NCBI RefSeq assembly: GCF_009914755.1
Contig: NC_060938.1
From: the human T2T-CHM13v2.0 reference genome, Homo sapiens
Length of the DNA stretch: 64,000 bases
Reading direction: 5' to 3' (one strand)
Part shown: positions 12,870 to 27,702 of the stretch, in pieces
Numbering within the stretch: the first letter of the stretch is position 1
Layout: each line of letters opens with the position of its first letter
Program-made: the position numbers and the translations under genes
The notes under the pieces: generated by a model
What the model saw: only the letters and a program-made list of their open reading frames with translations
Database searches by the model: none
What the model was told of the DNA's origin: nothing

Positions 12870-13420
12870 AATCCGAAAGGCTAGAAGGATAGATCAAAAT
12901 GAAGATAAAATTTTAAAGGAATGAAAGTAGAGTTTTGTACTTAGTGATTAAAAGAAGAAAAGAAATGACGAAGGAAAAAGGAATCCCATTTGACGGTGTT
13001 GTATGTGAAACTGACTTAGAGATTTTGGTTGACTGCAAACTCAAGGTGGACTAAGGCCTGATGTGGCAGCTGGAAACCTGAATGGACTTTGATTGTGTCA
13101 CAGAGTCAGGAGTGTCTAGTGAGGAGACAGTAGCCCCCTGGGTTTGTCACAGGTCAGGCCATTTGTAAAATATTAGGCTTAGTTGTGGGTCCATGTTTTA
13201 AGATACATTTTAACAAACTGGAAGGACCCCCAGAGAAAGGTGGTATAAGTGTGGGAACCACACCGCACAAGAAGCCACTCATGTTCATCTATAAAAATGA
13301 TTTACGGACATGACAACCTTCTTAAAATATCTGATTGTCAAGATGTAAAAGGGAGCCTGGAGAACTGAAGGCTGAGAAGGACTTCATTCTCAGATTGTGG
13401 GAGAGACCTTCTGACATGGA
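12870..13420 (+). mobile_element. L3/CR1 LINE 3' remnant
   Basis: GACTTAGAGATTTTGGTTGACTGCAAACTCAA..ATGTGGCAGCT..GGTCAGGCCA..AACAAACTGGAA..CAGAGAA resembles decayed L3. Confidence 0.55.
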
Positions 13421-13762
13421 TTTCTACAACCTCTGGCCACTTCATCTCACAATTTAATCTGCATCTTCCTCTTTCCCTTCATGTCCTCCTGTCTTAGAGG
13501 AAGAATCATTCCTCCTCCTTCCAGAGGCTGACCTCCTCCTCTCCCATCTCCTGCAGAACATGCCCTGCTAATTACCATCCCCTCCAGAATCCTTTATTTT
13601 TCTTTCTTTCCATAAGCCCACAAATACGAGGGAGATGATTAGTTAGGTACTTATTACATGCCAGGTGCATAGTAATTAATCTGCCTTATCTTGATTAATC
13701 CTCAAACCAATCCAATGAAGTAGGTGACATCCTCTCCATTTACAGATGAAGAAACAGAGGTT

Positions 13763-14045
13763 AGCTGGGTGTGGTGGCTCATGCCTGTAATCCCAGCACT
13801 TTGAGAGGCCAAGGTGGGCAGATCACTTGAGGCCGGGAGTTTAAGACCAGCCTGGCCAACATGGTGAAACCCCCTCTCTACAAAAAATACAAAAATCAGC
13901 CAGGTGTGGTGGTGCACACCTGTGACTCCAGCTACTCAGTAGGCTGAGGCATGAGAATTGCTTGAACCTGGGAGGTGGAGGCTGCAGTGAACCGAGACCC
14001 ACCACTGTATTCCAGCCTAGGCAACACAGCAAGACTCTGAAAAAA
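13763..14045 (+). mobile_element. Alu (AluS-like) inserted in a MIR
   Basis: Dimeric Alu; MIR core (CCATTTACAGATGAAGAAACAGAGG) precedes it and resumes after the tail. Confidence 0.92.
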
Positions 14046-14316
14046 AGAGAAAGAAAGAAAGGAAGGAAGGAAGGGGAAAGGAAAGGAAGACAGAAAGGGA
14101 GGAAAGAAGGGAGGAGAAAGAAAGAGAAGAAGGAAAGAAAGAAAGAAGAAAGAGGAAGGAAGGGAAAGAAAAGAAAGGAAGACAGGGAGGAAGGGAGGGA
14201 GGAAGGAAGGAGAAAGAAAGAGAAGAAGGAAAGAAGAAAGAAAGAAAAGAAAGAAAAAGAAAGAAAAAGAAAAAGAAAGAAAGGAAGAAAAAAGGAAGAA
14301 AGAAAAGAGAAAGAAG
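14040..14316 (+). repeat. Homopurine GAAA/GGAA low-complexity tract (expanded Alu tail)
   Basis: About 275 bp of A/G with only two C. Confidence 0.95.
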
Positions 14317-14878
14317 CTGCAAGGAGTTCAGTGACATTTCCAAGCTCACCCAAGTGAGCTTGGCCAAGTTTGAAACTTGAAGAGTGCTTAAAGTTCTGGA
14401 TGGACTCAATTCCAGGTCCATCTGCCATTAAAACCCCCAAGCTCACTTGCTTCCAGGCTTTAAACGTGCTCCTCCATTCCCAGCCAAGTGCCTTTAAAGA
14501 AGGCTTTCTCTGTGGATCTACTTTCTCACCTCTCATCCACTCAGCCTGCTGCAGCCTGCTTTCTGCCCTCACCCTCTGCAGAAACGGCCTGCAGAAGGTC
14601 ATCAGTGACCTAGGTTAATCCCATCAGCCTCTCCTCAGTTCTCACCCCACGTGGCCTTTTGTGGCATTGACATTGCTGGCCATACTCATCTTCCCCTACC
14701 CTCCACCCTCTGCCACATCTGGCTGAGCCCCTTTCTCTCACCACTTCACCTCTCATCCTATAATCCCCACCTCAGGTCCCTCCTTCCAGGTGTCATTGGC
14801 CCTTTTAAAGGACCTGAGGACTCAGCTAAAGTTGGAAATCAGGAATGTGTGTGTGGGACTTCCTGGTAGGTGTAGGGG

Positions 14879-15274
14879 TGCTATGGGTCTAAATGTGTCC
14901 CCCTGAAATTCACATGTTGAAGCTTAAATGCCAATGGAATAGTATTAAGAGGGGGGCCTTTTGAAGGTGATTAAGTCATGATTCCTTATGAATGGGACTA
15001 ATGACCTCATAAAAGAAGTCCTGCGAAGCCTCTTTTGCCCTTCCCTCTCTTCTGCCATGTGAGGACACAGCAGTCATCTCTGTCTTCCTCCTCTGCCATG
15101 TGATGACACAGGAAGAAGTTGCCATATGAGGGACAGGCCCTCACAGACACTGAATCTGCTAGTGCCTTGATCGTGGACTTCCCAGCCTCTAGAGCTATGA
15201 GAAAATAAACCTCTGTTCTTTATAAATTACCTAGTCTGTGGTATTTTGTCGTAACAGCCCAACAGACTAAGACA
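14879..15274 (+). mobile_element. Solo MaLR LTR (MST/MLT1A-type)
   Basis: TG..CA termini (TGCTATGG..GACTAAGACA), internal AATAAA, perfect 5-bp TSD AGGGG at 14874-14878 and 15275-15279. Confidence 0.88.
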
Positions 15275-15880
15275 AGGGGTAAGATATGGGGTGCAGTTCC
15301 AATGACCCAACTGTCCTCACACCTATATTGGATGGAGTCATAAAGGGTGGGGAAGAGTTATAGGTCAGAAACAAAGGGTCCAGAGATGGGGATTGGTATT
15401 GTCTCAAAAAGCAGAGACAGCTACCTGGGCAGAAGGCAGTGGATAGACAGTGAGATGGTGAAGTCCAAGGAGAAAGCAGACTGAGGCCCTGGGAGAGGGT
15501 GGCCATGATACAGAAAAGGAATTACAGATGTCACTGGAATTACAGATGTCAAGGAATTAAGACTCTAGATTGTTGGTCGGCTCATTGACCTAGACTCTGA
15601 AATCCCCTAAAATCATGACAGCAGGTGGATTTCACTTCCCTGACTTGTGTCCACATCTCATGTGAAGCTGTGTCCTCAGCAGCGATAAGATTTTGCATTC
15701 CCTAGGGATTATCTTCCATTTTTCCAGTTTGCCCAGAGCTCCCCATCCCTACTCCAGTTAAGCAGGACCACGGATGCAATGCTGTACTGAGTAGGGTAGC
15801 TCCAGGGGTGCCCTTCCCACAGAATACCCATTGAGGGTCCTGAGGCCACTCAGATAAGCACTTATTGAAAGAAGAGATGA

Positions 15881-16207
<327 letters not shown>

Positions 16208-17879
16208 TCCTGTGTGTCTTATTCCAATTCAATTCAGCAGCATTCTTTGAACCCCTACTGATACCAGGCTCTATGTGATGGATTAAGACAGCTCACAATG
16301 AGAAGAGGGGCAGAGGGATAGCCTGCTGCCTGGGCGCTGATGTCCTCATTGATTCTCAGTTAGGGCAAAACCTCAGGGAGTTCCATATGTAGCCCTGGGC
16401 TCTCTCTTCTGGTCTCAGCATTTGAAAACCTCCTCGGGAACCCCAGCAACTCTTTAGCTTAATAAATGAGAGGAGGATGGTCTTGGTGAGACCGCTGAGG
16501 AATATTTGACATCGCTCAGGTCCTGGCCCACACCCCCCCGAGTCACCAGGTGAATGAAGCAGAAATGTGTCTGCCTTGGGCAGAGCCATGGCTGCTTTCT
16601 CTCTTCATGGTCTCCAAATTGAGGGGGAGGGGAATTGACAGCTTTTCCCTTTGGCTTCACTCTCCCCTCATTTCTTTCTGCAAGGAGTCTCAGGATCTCT
16701 TTTCATTTTCACATAGAAACAACCCCTGCCTCCAAACCCTTGGAGTCTTTCTCAGAGAATTCCATCTTGGCTGTTTCCTTCAGCATCGACAAAAGCTGGA
16801 CCATCACAAGGGGCTTCTCCTCCTTATTTTTGAAAGAAGAGCACAAGAAAAGAGCCTTCCAAAGTGAGCCCCAAATGCTGACTTGCTGCTCCCCCATTAA
16901 AGTCGGTGTTGGCCCTCACTCTGTCTTATTTTAAGCAGCAGTGCTTCTGTAGAGCAGAGCTAAAGATTCAGCAAGACAGGATAGGTCTTTTATGGCTGCC
17001 CCCAGGTCTGCCCTCAGAGACTTCCAGAAAAGCCTTCCTCTCTGTCACTTTGCCTGATTCGCCATTAGCATTCCTGCAGCAGGTCAGCAGGTCTTGGGTA
17101 CCCAAGTTCCAGCTACATGAGCTATAAAATCCCAAGCAGAACTGGAGCATCAAATTGCTGTGGGTTCATTTTTGGCTGGCAGGCCTCTTCTATTAGCACC
17201 ATAAACACCACCACTATCCCCACAACACACACAGAGAAATACAGCCTGAGGATAAGAAGGCACATTGAGGAGCTGAGGGCGCTGGTGAGGAGGGGACTGG
17301 TCCACTAGCCATGACGAGGAATCCCTTTACAAAGGGGCCAGCTTTGATGTGGGAGTGGAGCAGGGAAATCTAGAAAGCCTCCATCAGAGACGGAATCCAA
17401 GACCTGCAGTCCCAGGACTCTGGTTCTGTTTAGACTCTTAGGTTATTCCTCCTTATGGGAAATCCTGGAACTGGACCAGCTTCTGTGATAACCTGCAACC
17501 CTGGGGACACATTCAATTTGCAGATGTGTTGCACAATATTGAGCAAAGGTTGATTCAACATTTATAAGCTGGGAGTCGCAGATTCATGGCTTCTTTTGGA
17601 GAAACAGTAGGTATTGGTACCCCAGGCCCTCGTGGCCAAATAGACTGGGCCTTTTAAATAGAGTGAATGACTCACAAGTTTGCACTTTCCACCGCTCCCT
17701 GTGACAGCCCTCATAAGAGGCCAGGTGATCCTGACCTTGCACGTGCACTGCTGTTTATTCTTATAGTGGAAAAACGTTTCTCTGTATACTCATTGCCATC
17801 AAACGTGATTTCCCACACAGGACTTCCCTGACTCCTGAAGGTATTTGATTTTGCAACCCCTGATCTAAAGCGCCTTGAT

Positions 17880-18260
17880 TAGCCTGGATTGTTTCAATCA
17901 CAAGGGATGGAAGATAAACCCATCCAATTTAAACAAAAATAAAAAGAGAGGCTGACAGGCTCCCGGTGCTGGGAAGGATTCCTGGGCAGTCACAGAATGG
18001 AAGGAGGGACTGCAGGAATCACAGAAAATGACCAGTGAACTCTGCCAGGATTCTGTCTCCAGCTCTCCTTCCTGCCTGTCTCTGTCTTTGGATGTTGGCC
18101 TCATTCTCTTTCGGCAGAGACGCCTTTGCCACGTGGTGAGGATCATGGCCACCAGAAGTCCCAATTTAGAAATCCCAGTAGAAAAAAGAGCTTCCTGTCT
18201 CCAGTTCTGAAAATCAATCCCAGGAAAGGATGCTGGCCTCACTTGGGTCATATGCTATAG
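17880..18260 (-). mobile_element. Old MLT1-type LTR remnant
   Basis: GTTGGCCTCATTCTC..ATGGCCACCAG..TCCCAGGAAAGGA..CACTTGGGTCA antisense MLT1 motifs. Confidence 0.45.
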
Positions 18261-18289
18261 AGCTGAAGGCTATTTTCTTTTCAAATCAA

Positions 18290-18510
18290 ACACTTATGTA
18301 GCTAGTCACTGTTCTAAGCAGGTCACGAATATTAACTTATTTAAACCATATTTTAAAGAGCCTATGAGTTAGGTGTCATTATTGCCTCCATTGCAAATAA
18401 AGAAAGTGAGCCCCAGAGATGTTAAGTGGCTATCCCAAGGCCACAAAGCTATTAATTAATGGAGTTGACATTTGAAGCCAGCCAGCCTGGCTCCAGGGAC
18501 TATGCTTGTA
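18290..18510. mobile_element. MIR
   Basis: CCTATGAGTTAGG..CCATTGCAAATAAAGAAAGTGAG..AGAGATGTTAAGTGGCT..CCCAAGGCCACA core. Confidence 0.7.
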
Positions 18511-19479
18511 CCCCATTGTATGGTTGTGCAGGTTTGTACCACATAACTCCAGGAAAGCAACCACTGAACTTACACAGAGCATGACCTGTACAGGTGTTGT
18601 GGAGAGCCTGCACGTGCCTGAAATTTAATAACCAGTCCTAGAATTTGACCTGTTTTGGATATTCCGGCTCAGTTTCTACATCTGTAAAGTGAGAGGATAA
18701 GCGTTATCTTCTGGGATTGTTAGGATTTGGGGAGATAAGTAACCATCTAGCATGGCTCTCGGCACAAAGAATGCTCTAGAAAAGGTCAGCCATTAAAGAC
18801 TTAACTTTCTTCCTGGCTCTCATGGGCAGGTGTCATTCCCAGCCCTCTGCTCTCACTTATGACAACATCTAGTCTGTACCTCTGAGAATTACACAGGCCC
18901 TGCCACCTCTCCTAGTTTAGCCTTGGCTTTCTAGGATGAAACATAAGCCCTGCTCCCTGTTAAGGAGGGTTGCAAAGGGCAGGGATAAGGCCAGGTGCTG
19001 AGTATGTGGGTGGATGGGTGGGTGGTGGCTGAGGGGAATCAGGGCAAGTGATGGAAGAACACCAGGTGCTTTCATGATGAACTGTGATGTGGGTGAATGA
19101 GATGAAATACAAAGGAAAAGGAGCAGAAAGAGAGGCAGGGAGAATGCAACTACCAAAACAAGTAAAATTCTGTGACTGATCATTGAGCTTTACAGTTAAA
19201 GGAAACTTAGAGGTGATCCAGTTGAGAGGCTATTCAACCTTTTTTTAAAAATAAGATCTTACGCAGGACCCAATTCTGCAAAATGGATAGAGGCAAGGTG
19301 CCCTGGATGGGTGAGGGCAGGGGACTTAGGGAGCTGTTAGTTTGGCTTTCCTGTTGCCCTGCACGCAGGGCTCCTATGAACAAAGTTTGAAAACCAGACC
19401 TGGGTCAATCCAGGATCCAACACCACCACAAATATTACCCACTTTGTTTGTACTCTACAAATAAATTATGTCATTATTC

Positions 19480-19975
19480 ATGCCACAGCTTAATATCTAA
19501 AGAAATGGCCATTTTATTTGCTCATGATTCTGTGGGGCAGCCATTTGGGCTGGGCTCAGCAGGGTGGTTTTCTAAAGTTACTTCTGCAGCCACTGTCATC
19601 TAGAGGCTTGAATGGGGCTGGATCTTTTAAGATGACCTCACTCACATGTCTGGGGGTTGGTACTGGCTGTTGGCTGGGTTTCTCTCTATGTATGGTCTCT
19701 CATCCTCAAAGAGGCTATTCTGGGATTCTTTACATGTAGTACCAAGTTCTAAGAGGGCAAGAATGGAAGTTGAAAGGCCTCTTGAGCTAGAAAGTCACAT
19801 AGAATCACTTTTGTTACATTCTACTGGTCAATGCCAGTCACAAGTTGCTTTTCCCAGAATCAAAGAGTGGAAAAATAGACTCTTGATGAGAAGAATGTCA
19901 AAGTCACATGGAAAAGAGTTGTTTGTACAGGAATGGGAGAATTTTTGACTATTTTTTTTTTGCAACCTACCACAT
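19480..19975 (-). mobile_element. MLT1-type LTR
   Basis: TTTATTTGCTCATGATTCTGTGG..GGGCTGGGCTCAGC..AAGATGACCTCACTCACATGTCTGG..TTGCAACCTACCACA. Confidence 0.65.
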
Positions 19976-20053
19976 TGCCTTATTTTCTATAACCTTTTTT
20001 TAATAAATTTGGCATGTATCTGGGTATACAGATTTATAGTATGTGTGGGAGAA

Positions 20054-20600
20054 TGTGGCAAACTCTGCTAGTTCTCTACTCATTATTCATTCTCCATTTC
20101 TTTTCTTTTTTTATCTTTCTCCATTTTTTTCTTATTAACACAACCTCAGTTATTTTTTCTCAGGGTGGCAATGTGCCCAGTTACAAATATTCATATCCCC
20201 AGATTCCCTCACAGCCAGGGTCACTGCATGACCCAGTTCTGGACAATGAATGTAACTAGAAGTTTCCTGGGCAGGGGCTCCAGGAAGGCTGTTAATTTCT
20301 GTATAAAAGGGAACAGACTCAGTAGCACTTGCCTTTTTTCTTTTTCCCTTTTTCCTTTCTGTCTCATTCTTGTCTGGATCACATATGCCACATTTAAGGG
20401 TAGAGCAGCCATCCTGAAATCATGAGAATAATGAAAAACATGGCAGAATAGAAGAACTGAAGAAACCTGATCTCTAATGGCATCACAGGACCCCTATTCT
20501 GGTCCTGGACTCCCTACCTCTGGGCTTCTTTTTGTCTAAGAAAAATAAGCCCTAATTGGTTAAGTCACTAGAGTTGTGGTTTCTTCTACCGAAACTGGAA
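20054..20600 (+). mobile_element. ERVL LTR (LTR33-like)
   Basis: GGCAATGTGCCCAG..CATGACCCAGTTCTGGACAATGA..GCAGCCATCCTG..CTACCTCTGGGCTTCTT as remembered for LTR33. Confidence 0.55.
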
Positions 20601-21249
20601 GTGATGAGGAGACGAGGCTGAGAAAGAAATCAGGAGGCTGACTGCGAAGATCCATGACTATTAAGAAGACACCATAGCTGCTATGAAAACTGAAATGAGT
20701 TTCTGCCTTTTATGTGCATAGATGTTTGTGTGTATTTGGATGTGCATGAGTCTAGACAGATGTGAGTTTGGGTGTGGGGGTGGGAGTGAATGTGTGTATG
20801 TAAGGAAATGCTATAGTTGTTGCAAAATTTAAAATCAAATCAGAGTCCAGATTTTCAAAAACTGAAATAATAAGTTAAAATGAAAAGGTAAGTTTAGTGG
20901 TGATGACTATAAACCTTGTACTTGGGAATTTTAAAATATATCAGGATGGGAGGGTCTAGTTTCACAGCCTGGGGGTTTGAGTTGTCTGCAAAGGCTCAGA
21001 ATGAGCTCACAGAGTGAGCTGTTGTGCCAAGAGCTGTGGCTCGCCCTCCAACTGAAGTGTTCATCTAGGATCCAGAGCACAGGGCAGAATTCCCTCAAGC
21101 TCTGTATGGTCAGAGCTCTGGGAGCAAGCATCATGTTTATCCCAGGACTGGTTAATGGAGCCCATCCAGAGGAAGACCGAGATGCCATCCAGGGATCTGG
21201 GAAAGTTTAAGCTGGACAAGAGAAGACTTGGAGGGGCCTGATAATAACT

Positions 21250-21760
21250 GTAATACGCGTTGATCATTATGTACAAACTATGCCTAAAACCTGGTTTCTT
21301 AAACCAACAATAACCGTTCATTTGTTCACAGTTCTGCAGTCTGGGCCAGGGAGCTTTCCTCTGTGCCATGTGGTGTCATGGTGTTGGCTGGGCTCCTTGA
21401 TAGATCTGGGGCCAGCTGGTAAGTCAACTGGGGTTGGAGGAGCCCTGATGGCTTCACTCACACATCTATGGCCTCAGCTGGAATGGGCACATCCCTTCTC
21501 ATGTTCTTTCACCATTCTTCTCCACAGAGCCTCTCATACTCAGGGAGGCTAGCCTAGACTTCATGACTTCTCAAGGCAGCAAGACAGTGAAAGTGGCTGC
21601 TACAGGGCTCTAAAAGCCCGGGCTCAGAATTTCTGTTGCTTTCCACTGGACTGAGAAACTCACAAGAGCAGCCAAAGTAAGAATGTAGAAAGTGACTACA
21701 CAAAAGTACAAATTCAGGAGTGTGACTGATTGAGGACCACTTTGTGGCAGTCTATCAAAA
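21250..21760 (-). mobile_element. MLT1-type LTR remnant
   Basis: CCTAAAACCTGG..TTAAACCAACAA..TTCACAGTTCTGCAGTCTGGG..GATGGCTTCACTCAC. Confidence 0.5.
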
Positions 21761-21857
21761 AACTAGTATCTATAATTTCTATGGTCTTTATAGTTCACAA
21801 AGGACATTTACTTGCACTAACTTAATTTTATCCTTACCACTAAACTGAGATATGGTT

Positions 21858-22000
21858 AGTGGTGTGCTGGTAAAACAACAAACAAACAAAAAGCCCTCAT
21901 TGGTAGCATTTGCCAATTTCCATGGTATAAATATCCTACAGTACCAAGTTCAAGAGACCAATATGAGATCACTCATTGCAGAAGTATAGATACACTGCCT
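21858..22000. mobile_element. hAT MITE (MER63-like)
   Basis: AGTGGTGTGCTGGTAAA..GTAGCATTTGCCAATTTCCATGGTATAAATA. Confidence 0.55.
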
Positions 22001-22222
22001 GCAATGGGGGGTAGTATCTCTACTTGCAAATGAGGTTATGGGACTTTTTCAAATTCACACGCAATCAATAGGGGCGGAGCTGAGACTCACCCAAGACCCA
22101 AACTGTATGCTTTAGTCACAACATCACCTTGCCTCATAGCAATTTTCTTCAAACATCTGAAAGATTGCTATAGAGAAGGAGTAGCCCTATGCTAGGTTGC
22201 CCCAGGAGGTAAAGTAAGAGTT

Positions 22223-22539
<317 letters not shown>

Positions 22540-23753
22540 TGTAAAGTAAGAGTTAATACAAATGAGTTTCAGAGAGGCTGACTTTAGTATAAGAAAGTCA
22601 ATATGAAAATCAGTTCTACAATAATAGAGTCATCCAAAGAGAATGAATTGCTTTGTATCATCATGGTCTTCCTATCATGAAGGTGTTTGTCAGAGGCTAG
22701 ACCCTTGAAGATTTCAGAATTAACAAAGAGGTTAAATTAGATGGCCTCTAAAGTTCCATTTATCTCTTGGATTCTGGTTGTTTAAGAGCGTTTTGAAATC
22801 CAGATCCGGAATCACTTAATGTCCTTTTGAGACTGAAGAAGGCAAGTGAAGGGAAGAGAAAGGAAGGGAAGAAAGAGGGAAGGTGAGTGTTAAATTTTGG
22901 GAGGAGCTTGGCCAGATGAGAAGTCCCAGTCCTGGAGAGCTAGCTGTCCTGAGTAATTCAGGGATGGAACATGGGTCTTCACGAGGGTAACTGACTCTGC
23001 TCCAGCTCGCAGAGCCATATGACTCATAATATGAAAGCACAACCTTTATTTTATCCCAAGCCAGTTCAAATGGCAGCAGAGAGCCCCGATCTTGTGTCTG
23101 AAATGTTAGGATGTTCTCAGTGTAGCAGGATGCAACCGCAGATCTTAGCTGTTTACAAATCCTCTTTCTTTCCAATCAGGCTTCTTTATTTTTTCTCAGA
23201 AGGAAACCTTGCTGAGGATTTTGGCAGTTAACTCTCTTTGGCTCAAACAGAACCCAACTCCTCCTACCCCACACTGCCCCAGCTCAGCTCTGCAGGGGTC
23301 TTAGGGGATCTGCTTGGAGTCTGGCCATCTCCCCGCTTAGCCCTGGGGGCTTCCTGGGCAGTTACAGGTTGCGGTTTTATACTGAGAACTACAAAACTGG
23401 AAGCTTTCCTGAAGGAGCAGCTCAAAACTTGAGGATGAAATCTCAGCATTTGAGAATAAACACCCAGGATATTTCCTGGGATGACTCAGGCTTCACCAAA
23501 CACGCCAAGAAATTACACGGGTAATTGTAAGGCTTTGGTGCTTCCAGGGAATGCTCAAGATGGTTACTGAAGTAGATAACTCATCTCTGAGAATAAGTCA
23601 TTCTCCTTAAAAACTGCAAAGTCCATGCATCTCCAGTTCTGAGGAGCTGGTATTTCCCTGTGCCAAACTCAAAGAAAGGAAGGCAAGTTGACTGAGTGAA
23701 ACCCGGCCTTTCTCTTTCAGCAGGCAGCTCCCAGAGCAGAAGCAGCCCCATCA

Positions 23754-24063
<310 letters not shown>

Positions 24064-24824
24064 CTAAGGGCACTTTAACATCGAGGTTCCCTGGTGCCCA
24101 TTCAATAATATGCTCCGTGAGGTCCAGCAGATCCCAGTTACCAGTGGGTAGAAGGATCTGGAAGGGTTGGGCAGGATGTGAAATAAGAAGCAATGATGGT
24201 CTCAAGAACTGCTCAGGTGCTAGCAGTTGCTAGGATGACGGTACTCCACTCTGAAAAACATTTAGGCAATTAGGAAGCCCCATCATTTTACACACAAACT
24301 GGTCCTGGCTCCTGTATACCAGGAGCGCCCTCTCCCCAGGCTCGGTGTGCCCTCACTTATTTCTGTTTGCTTGTGCACAGAAATAGATCTGGAAACCTCA
24401 GGGAACAGGGCAGGAGCTATTAAATTAGAGCTCACTGTTCCCATTTCCTCATTCAGCAAACGGCAGGACTTGGGCATCCAGCCTGGTCCTGGAGCTGTGG
24501 AATCCACTAGGACTGGGGCTTGGAGCCTTGAGCAGGCTCAGGGTTCAGGGCTCAGGCTGCTTCATGGGGCTCAAGTTTCTGTCTCCCTATTCTCTTCCCC
24601 TTCTTCACTCCTCTCCTAATAACCTCTAAGTGCAAATACCCCAGACTTTAGAAAACTTAGAGATCGTACTCGTCCAAATACCTGACTTTACAGGCAAGGC
24701 CCAGAGATGTTGACTTTTGAAAGACACTCATCCCGTTAATAGAAGAGCTGTTCATTCATTAGCCAGGTCATACCACTAAACTTTTCATTGCATGATGCTC
24801 TCCCTCGCCTTCTCTCCTTTCTGA

Positions 24825-25675
24825 AACAGGCCTCCATGATGGCCCCCAAGGTCCCTGCCTCCTGGAATTCACACCCTTGCACAGCCTATGCCCACATCAG
24901 TGTTTTCTGTGTCACCAGAAGAATGTAGCAGAAATGATAGAATGTCACTCCTGAGATTAGGTTATAAAGGACTATGGCTTCTGTCATGGACTCTCTCTCC
25001 TTCTCTTCCTCTATCTTTCTCTTGGATCACTCTGGGAGAAACCAGCAGTCATGTCATGAGACACTCAGGCACACTGTGAGAGGCTCAGGTTGTGAGGAAC
25101 AGATGTCTCTGGCTAACAGCCAGCAGGGAGGTAAGGCCTGCCAACAACCACATGACTGAGCTTGCAAGCAGATCCTTCCCCAGTTGAGCCTTCAGATGAC
25201 ACCAGCCCCAGCCAGCAGGTTAACTGCAACTGTGTGAGAGACCATGAGGCAGAACTGCCAACTAAGCCCCAGATTCTTAACCCACAGAAACTGTGAGATC
25301 ATAAATGTTTGTTGTTTTAAGTTGCTTAGTTTAAGAATAATTTGTAGCCGGGCACGGTGGCTCATGCCTGTAATTCCAGCACTTTGGGAGGCTGAGGTGG
25401 GTGGAACATGAGGTCAGGAGTTCAAGACCAGCCTGGCCAAGATGGTGAAACCCCATCTCTACTAAAAATACAAAAATTAGCCAGGTGCGGTGGCAGGCGC
25501 CTATAATCCCAGCTACTCAAGAGGCTGAGGCAGGAGAATCATTTGAACCCAGGGAGCAGAGGTTGCGATGAGCTGAGATCAAGCCACTGCACTTCAGCCT
25601 GAGGGACAGAGCGAGAATCCATCAAGAAAAAAAAAAAAAAAAGAATGATTCGTTACATAGCAACAGAAAAAAACA
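24825..25675 (+). mobile_element. MLT1 LTR interrupted by an Alu
   Basis: GATGGCCCCCAA..CCTGCCTCCTGG..TCCCCAGTTGAGCCTTCAGATGAC..CCCACAGAAACTGTGAGA..; resumes after the Alu (TTACATAGCAA). Confidence 0.7.
25346..25640 (+). mobile_element. Alu (AluSg-like)
   Basis: Dimer; TSD AAGAAT(A/G)ATT(T/C)GT at 25333-25345 and 25641-25653. Confidence 0.93.
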
Positions 25676-26001
25676 CTGGGTTTTTTTCTTGGCTTTTTTT
25701 TTTTTTCTAGGCAAACAAGAAATCCCTGCATCCACATAGCTAGCCAACAAGGCCTTGTCCTATACCACTTTCAGGGGTGAAACTGGTGAATCAGAATAAA
25801 GAAAGCTTCCCAGGAGGCCTGGGGCAAGTGCCTCCTTGGCACAAGACTTAGTGATCTTTCCAGGCCTAAGGGAGAGAATTCCAGTTGGTGGGCTGCTAGA
25901 ATACACCAGCTTCCTTTATAGAAGTTGTGGCCAGTGCAAATGTTAACCAAATAAGATGCGTAATGTATGAGCCTTATAACACTTTACAAATGGAGTTCCT
26001 T

Positions 26002-26313
<312 letters not shown>

Positions 26314-27702
26314 AAATGGGGTTCCTCTTTGGTGGCTGTTCTGTAACTTAAGGGGAGTAAGTTGACTTCCCATGACTCTGGCTTCCCAGTTGGGATGGAA
26401 TTTCCATATGATGTTTTCAGAGGCTACAGTAATGGTGGAACCTTCACTCACTATGTCCTCCCCATCCCTGCTCACCCCTATATTGGTCCAGCCCTGTCTG
26501 CCCCACACACACCTCCAAAGAGAAAGCTTTTTGAAAAGTGCCTGTGCAGAAAGCATCCTACAAATGCATACATTCCACAGAACATGGTCACACGTGCTCT
26601 TTCTGACACACTTAGTCATTGGTGGGTCCAGAGCTGCAGGGTCCTTAAGCAACATCCCCTATCCTGCTCATCTATGTGCCCTAAGTTGAGCTCTGTCTTG
26701 TTTTCTCTGCAGAAAACCTGTGGCTAGAAGCAAAATTTGGCCTTTCAGGTGCCCAGCATCTGCTTCCTAAAATACAGCTAAACTAGGTTAACGCTTTTTT
26801 CTTGACCTTGAAGTGGAGACTCAGAGCCTTTGGGAACCTTCACAGCTTCTTGTTTTAAATATCCAACAGGAATACTGCTTTACCATCCTTTCAGCGGGGG
26901 GATTTCAGTTGAATATCCCGGGACCAGACACACCAGAGAGGTAGCACCCATTGGACCTCTTAGGCCAGGTGGAGACAGTGAGAGCTGCTTAGGCATTCAC
27001 TCAGCGATGCCAGTATGTCTTACTATACAAAACAGTGCTGAGTTAATTTCACACAGCTGGGGGAGGACTGGAGGTGCTTTTGGGGCCTATTGTGTGTGAG
27101 CCAGCAAACTCATCTCTCCAGCTGTTCCTTGGTAGAAGTAGAAGTAGAAGAAAACGAAGAAGTTGGAGCCAGAAGTCAGTTTCTGCCAACGGGAACAATG
27201 GGTGCAATTGTGCATCTCACATAGCAGCAAGGAGTATTAAACAGAATTATGTACACACTGTTACTACCATGAGAACCTTGCCATGGGAACTTCCGGATGT
27301 ACTTTTTTGGAATCCAGGGGATCTAGGAAGACCATTCCAGAAAAAGAGATTCCATAGAAATGTCAGGGAGTGGCCAGTTCTTGGATGACCTCTCCAAGCA
27401 AGAGAAAACATAAATGTGTACTTTAGGAGTTTCAAAAGCAATGAAGATCTTTCTTAGTGCAAAAGCCCTGTTTTCCCCTTAATATTAAAGATAGTCTTGG
27501 TCTTATTTCTGGGAAGTTTCCAAGGACAGAGGCTAAACTGTGACCAAACTCACAGGAAAGAGACCCTCAGAGCTGGGAAATGATCACTTCAAATGGTTTC
27601 TTGCCCCTTGCCTTGAACTGCGTTCAAGCTAAACCCTGCAAAATCTCCACATGAGGGACTTCTCCAAAGGAAGACGCAGGTGGAATCCCAAAGGCAATGT
27701 GG

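Noticed and set aside
13841-14602. 253-aa Phe/Leu/Ser-rich and 131-aa Lys/Arg/Glu-rich ORFs
   Set aside because: Translations of the homopurine tract plus Alu; low-complexity artefacts
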